Positions 63,076 through 64,000 of a stretch of 64,000 bases of DNA are shown here, one piece after another. The position numbers were made by a program, and so were the translations under genes. Origin of the DNA: Phoronis australis. Lineage: Eukaryota; Animalia; Phoronida. The stretch spans positions 228,193 through 292,192 of the forward strand of contig NMRA01000532.1 in NCBI GenBank assembly GCA_002633005.1. The letters are read 5' to 3'. Numbering within the stretch: the first letter of the stretch is position 1; the number at the start of each line of letters is the position of its first letter. Below the pieces are notes generated by a model that saw only the letters and a program-made list of their open reading frames with translations, searched no databases and had not been told where the DNA came from.

Positions 63076-63309
63076 AAAATAGATAGACCGCGAAAAAGTC
63101 AGACTTCAGCGCGGCAATCCCGAAGACCGTATGCCTCTTCTTTCGGGAGTCGCCACCGGAGCCGGGAATTCATAAGAATGTCCTTTGGAATNAAAATAGA
63201 TAGACCGCGAAAAAGTCAGACTTCAGAGCGGCAATCCCGAAGACCGTATTCCTCTTCTTTCGGGAGTCACCACCGGAGCCGGGAATTCATAAGAATGTCC
63301 TTTGGAATT
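63076..63309. repeat. ~115-bp tandem duplication joined at a single N (63192); probable assembly artefact
   Basis: Two near-identical copies on either side of the N. Confidence 0.85.
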
Positions 63310-64000
63310 CCCCCTTAATAAATACCAGGCCTTTTAAACTGCTGTGTAGTGTAGAAAATATGTCATCAATCATTCACTTTTTAGCTTTTGCGCTTATCTG
63401 TATGACTTACATCCGCCGAACGCGGTGCTTCCAGCTGCATACATGGGGAAACGCCGGCAAAAATCAAACGTCATCCCTTGATCAATGTGTCGCAGGCCAG
63501 AAAACCTAATTTCCCATGACGGAACCCATCCCCGCACTCTTTTCGTTTCATATTATTGCTTTGATTCTTCCAGAACTCGTTTTTTAGCAACTAAACGAAT
63601 GCCGTCCAGGCCTGGACGGCTTCCATGTTTAGACGTTTTGCCAGAGTGCAGACGATCAGTAGTATCACGTGACAACTTATTCAGACACTGCAGGGCACGT
63701 TCAGGGAATCGAAAGGATTTGACTGCGAGCGTCATCTGTGCACGCTGCAACACACTCGTTCTATTTTCCTTTCGGTGCTCATTCGAAGACTGGAGGTTCT
63801 TTGACGGCCACAGTGTCTTTTTCGACGGTTTTTAGGCTTGTGTCGGGGTTCGTTACTTTGGAGCAAATGTCGAGCAGACAATCTTAGGATCTACTTGCCT
63901 ATGCGGCTAGCTTTTTAACTTGCCCATCGGGCAAGTACTTTTCAAATTCCACTTGCCCGACGCAAAATCTACATGTACACGGGCAATCGGGCAACCGTTA

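Larger units (their letters stand above)
60561..64000. mobile_element. Probable non-autonomous hAT-like element whose right end lies just beyond the window, carrying nested insertions
   Basis: Starts CAGGGCTCAACATTAAC with clustered ACTTGCCC/GGGCAAGT motifs. The same motifs recur at 63918-64000, ending ...GTTA, which is the expected start of the complementary TIR. Confidence 0.55.

Overview
AT-rich, intron-containing genomic DNA from an animal, most likely a marine invertebrate (draft assembly with one 579-N gap and four single-N joins). Reading GT-AG junctions and codon phase by hand gives five spliced genes. (1) The last two coding exons of a FAM81-like coiled-coil gene (+, 871-2760). (2) A 438-aa type-I membrane protein with three Ig-like domains and an Arg-rich tail (+, 9727-19444). 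(3) Tail-to-tail with it, a ~2547-aa type-I membrane protein (-, 34623-19714): signal peptide, V-C2-C2 Ig ectodomain, TM, then a ~2140-aa tail from one 6.56-kb exon that ends in a domain resembling the dynein heavy-chain microtubule-binding domain (MTBD). (4) A 728-aa ankyrin-repeat gene (-, 48531-36420). (5) The first seven exons of IDH3A (+, from 52137). Introns hold many MITEs, two copies of a tRNA-derived SINE, minisatellites and a triple-nested transposon. The best candidate for an undescribed system is the convergent pair of same-architecture Ig receptors, one apparently fused to a motor-less dynein-type MTBD. Domain calls come from recalled motif patterns; no search was run.
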